Shown here: piece after piece, positions 61,633 to 64,000 of the stretch | How positions within the stretch are numbered: the first letter of the stretch is position 1 | Layout: each line of letters starts with the position of its first letter | NCBI GenBank assembly: GCA_965198175.1 | Contig: OZ240245.1 | Span: forward strand, 2,272,001-2,336,000 | Direction: 5' to 3' | Source of the DNA: Candidatus Poribacteria bacterium | GTDB lineage: Bacteria; Poribacteria; WGA-4E; PCPOR2b | DNA length: 64,000 nt | The notes under the pieces: generated by a model | Database searches by the model: none | What the model saw: only the letters and a program-made list of their open reading frames with translations | What the model was told of the DNA's origin: nothing | Program-made: the position numbers and the translations under genes

Positions 61633-63453
61633 TTGCGAATATTGAAGATTGGGAGACTGCAACTGTCGCGTAATTTGGCCTCCACATCCAATTCAGGATC
61701 TTACTTACCGTTCCACGCAATGGTTTCGATACCTTCCGTTACTCCACCCAAGCCACTTAACCCAAGTCGCAACACGCAATATGTACCTGCCTTCTGGCTC
61801 ATCAGCGTTCTCCTTTACGTCTCCTTTGCAAATACAACCCAATCGAACATTACTTTCATTAACATCGCCGCCGATGCAGGACTTGACTTTGAACACACCG
61901 ATGGCAAGAGCGACATGCGGCTCTTCAACGAATACTTGGGTGCAGGAGGTGGCGTTTTCGACTACAACGATGACGGACATTTGGACATCTACCTCGTCAA
62001 CGGCGTTCCTCAAACAGATCAAAGTAAAGAAGCCCAATTGCCCATTCCGGCAAATGCCCTTTATCATAACAATGGTGATGGTACGTTTTCCAATGTCACT
62101 AGCTCAGCGGGTGTGGGAGATACAGGCTACGGCGTTGGCTGTGCGGTCGGTGACTTCGATAACGATGGAGATTTAGATTTATACGTGACAAACTTTGGTC
62201 CCAACGTGTTTTACCGCAATAATGGGGATGGGACGTTTGTAGAAGTGTCGGTGAATGCAGGTGTGGCGAACACACAATGGGGAACTAGCTGTGCTTTTGC
62301 TGATGTGGACAATGACAGCTTTCTCGATTTATACATTGCAAACTATGCGGATTACGTGGTCGAGAAGGATAAGCGATGCGTTATACGAGGAATCTGGCAA
62401 TATTGTGGCCCGGGCACATACCCGCCGGATTCAGATGTACTTTATCATAACAACGGTGATGGCACATTTACTGATTTTTCGAAGAAGAGCGAGGTTTTGA
62501 ACGTTCCAGCTTATCACAGTTTAGGGGTGGCATTCGCCGATTACGACAACGATGGCGATCAAGATCTCTATGTTGCGAACGATCAGGATGCAAATTTCCT
62601 GTTTCAGAATCGTGGTGATGGAACATTTGAGGAAGTAGCATTGCTGTCAGGTGTCAGCTACAGCGATATGGGTAAGGAGGAGGCGGGGATGGGAACAGCC
62701 TTTGGCGATTACGACAATGACGGGCTGCTGGATTTGACGGTCAGCAATTTTCAGAATGAAACCAATACCCTGTATCACAACGAAAACGGAGATTTTTTTG
62801 CCGATGTGACGATAACGACTGGGATTGGCGAAGTGACGTATAGTTATCTAGGGTGGGGGATTTCTTTCTTCGACTATGATAACGACGGTTACAAGGACAT
62901 CTTCGTCGCCAATGGGCACGTTCTGGATAACGTCGTTGAAGTTGATCGGTCCACAACCTACCCGCAGCAGAATCTACTATTCCGGAATCTTGGAGACCGA
63001 ACCTTCACGGATGTTACGAATCAAGTGGGGCCAGGTTTGGTGCTCCGCAAAGTCAGCCGTGGCGCCGCATTTGGTGATTATGATAACGATGGAGACATTG
63101 ATATTCTGATTTCCAATTGGAATCAGTCTGCCGATTTGTTGCGGAATGAGGGTGGCAACCTAAATAACTGGGTGCAGTTCCGAGTTGTTGGGGTAAAGAG
63201 CAATCGATCTGGAATTGGGGCACGAATCAAAGTTGTCGCTGGGGACTTGTCGCAATTTGCAGAGGTCCAGAGTGGCGGCAGCTATCTGTCATTCAGCGAT
63301 CTACGCGTTCATTTTGGACTCGGAAAATCAGACAAAGTAGATCTCGTAGAGATCCGCTGGCCCAGCGGTCAGATCGATAGGGCAGAGAATCTTTCTGTCA
63401 ATCGACAGTTCGTCGCAACCGAAGGACATGGACTAACTCATTATCAAGAATGA
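61633..63453 (+). CDS. FG-GAP/ASPIC-UnbV (CRTAC1-like) protein
   Basis: Repeated DYDNDGD.D and NNGDGTF motifs; C-terminal GGSYLS..HFGLG..IRWPSG; start uncertain. Confidence 0.92.
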   Translation: MRILKIGRLQLSRNLASTSNSGSYLPFHAMVSIPSVTPPKPLNPSRNTQYVPAFWLISVLLYVSFANTTQSNITFINIAADAGLDFEHTDGKSDMRLFNEYLGAGGGVFDYNDDGHLDIYLVNGVPQTDQSKEAQLPIPANALYHNNGDGTFSNVTSSAGVGDTGYGVGCAVGDFDNDGDLDLYVTNFGPNVFYRNNGDGTFVEVSVNAGVANTQWGTSCAFADVDNDSFLDLYIANYADYVVEKDKRCVIRGIWQYCGPGTYPPDSDVLYHNNGDGTFTDFSKKSEVLNVPAYHSLGVAFADYDNDGDQDLYVANDQDANFLFQNRGDGTFEEVALLSGVSYSDMGKEEAGMGTAFGDYDNDGLLDLTVSNFQNETNTLYHNENGDFFADVTITTGIGEVTYSYLGWGISFFDYDNDGYKDIFVANGHVLDNVVEVDRSTTYPQQNLLFRNLGDRTFTDVTNQVGPGLVLRKVSRGAAFGDYDNDGDIDILISNWNQSADLLRNEGGNLNNWVQFRVVGVKSNRSGIGARIKVVAGDLSQFAEVQSGGSYLSFSDLRVHFGLGKSDKVDLVEIRWPSGQIDRAENLSVNRQFVATEGHGLTHYQE

Positions 63454-63498
63454 ACTGTGCATTTTTGTTGTGGTTGGGCAATTCCTCGTTCTTTCTAG

Positions 63499-64000
63499 TT
63501 AGCGTGGCCAGCGATAAGGTTGAACACCTTGTGAATACTTGAGCGCGAACTCCCACCGCTGACACCAGGTCGTGTAATCGGTCTGTAAGGCATCCGGACG
63601 TGACTTGCTGCGCATCAAGAACGCTGGGTAGTATGGGCGACCCGTCGGCTGATAAGCATCGTGGTAGCGTAGGTCAAAACTCCATCGCACAGTGTCCGTT
63701 TTATTTAACAGGGAGTGGTGCATCGTGTAGTTGTGGAACACGAGAATATCCCCTGCGTACACAGGTAGGGCTTTTGGCTGGACGGCGGAATGGTCCTCAA
63801 GAGGAATGTCAAGCCCATGGGGCGAATAAACATGCTTGCGAAGTCCATTTTTGTGGCTACCGGGTATCACTTCTAAACACCCATTGTCCAACGTTACATC
63901 CACGATGGGCACCCAAATAGTGAGCATAAAATATGGGTCGGTTTCTGGCCAACAAACGCCGGCGTCCTGATGCCAGGGGGTCGGTCCTTTAGCAATCTTG
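63499..64000 (-). CDS. Phytanoyl-CoA dioxygenase (PhyH) family protein, 5'-truncated by the window edge
   Basis: PWHQD, DNGCLEVIPGSH and HHSLLN...RWSFDLRY. Confidence 0.9.
   Translation of the reverse strand, partial: KIAKGPTPWHQDAGVCWPETDPYFMLTIWVPIVDVTLDNGCLEVIPGSHKNGLRKHVYSPHGLDIPLEDHSAVQPKALPVYAGDILVFHNYTMHHSLLNKTDTVRWSFDLRYHDAYQPTGRPYYPAFLMRSKSRPDALQTDYTTWCQRWEFALKYSQGVQPYRWPR

Noticed and set aside
1..64000. cas genes, tRNA/rRNA genes, sel machinery, integrase
   Set aside because: No recognisable motifs found in this window; the CRISPR subtype cannot be assigned.

Overview
Bacterial chromosomal window. The gene mix (LamG, ASPIC/UnbV FG-GAP, TPR and PhyH proteins, a form IV RuBisCO-like protein) suggests Candidatus Poribacteria or a similar lineage; this assignment is inference. 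The window opens in the trailer end of a 37-bp-repeat CRISPR array with no cas genes in view. The array has two repeat variants in blocks, a duplicated spacer, and a 532-bp 'giant spacer' almost exactly filled by two small ORFs and closed by degenerate repeats. Most of the rest is housekeeping and metabolic (def, larE, glcDEF, nagA, dapB, plsC-cmk-tyrA, dsbD, dnaE, nth, gdhA, lptFG, aroA). The best finding is a bacterial homolog of animal selenoprotein N (52023-53543). The ORF track splits it in two, but it reads as one frame with a UGA in the WGALDDESC-U motif followed by a bacterial SECIS-like hairpin. Other points of note are a circularly permuted LamG domain inside a GT-C-like membrane protein, a tandem Hfq/Sm-like protein, a candidate palindromic sRNA, a small ORFan islet with repeated hairpin-RBS modules, an RLP/oxidoreductase/aldolase sugar-acid locus, an inactivated IS5-family element and an ECF sigma pseudogene. 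All family assignments come from motif recognition by eye; no searches were run.
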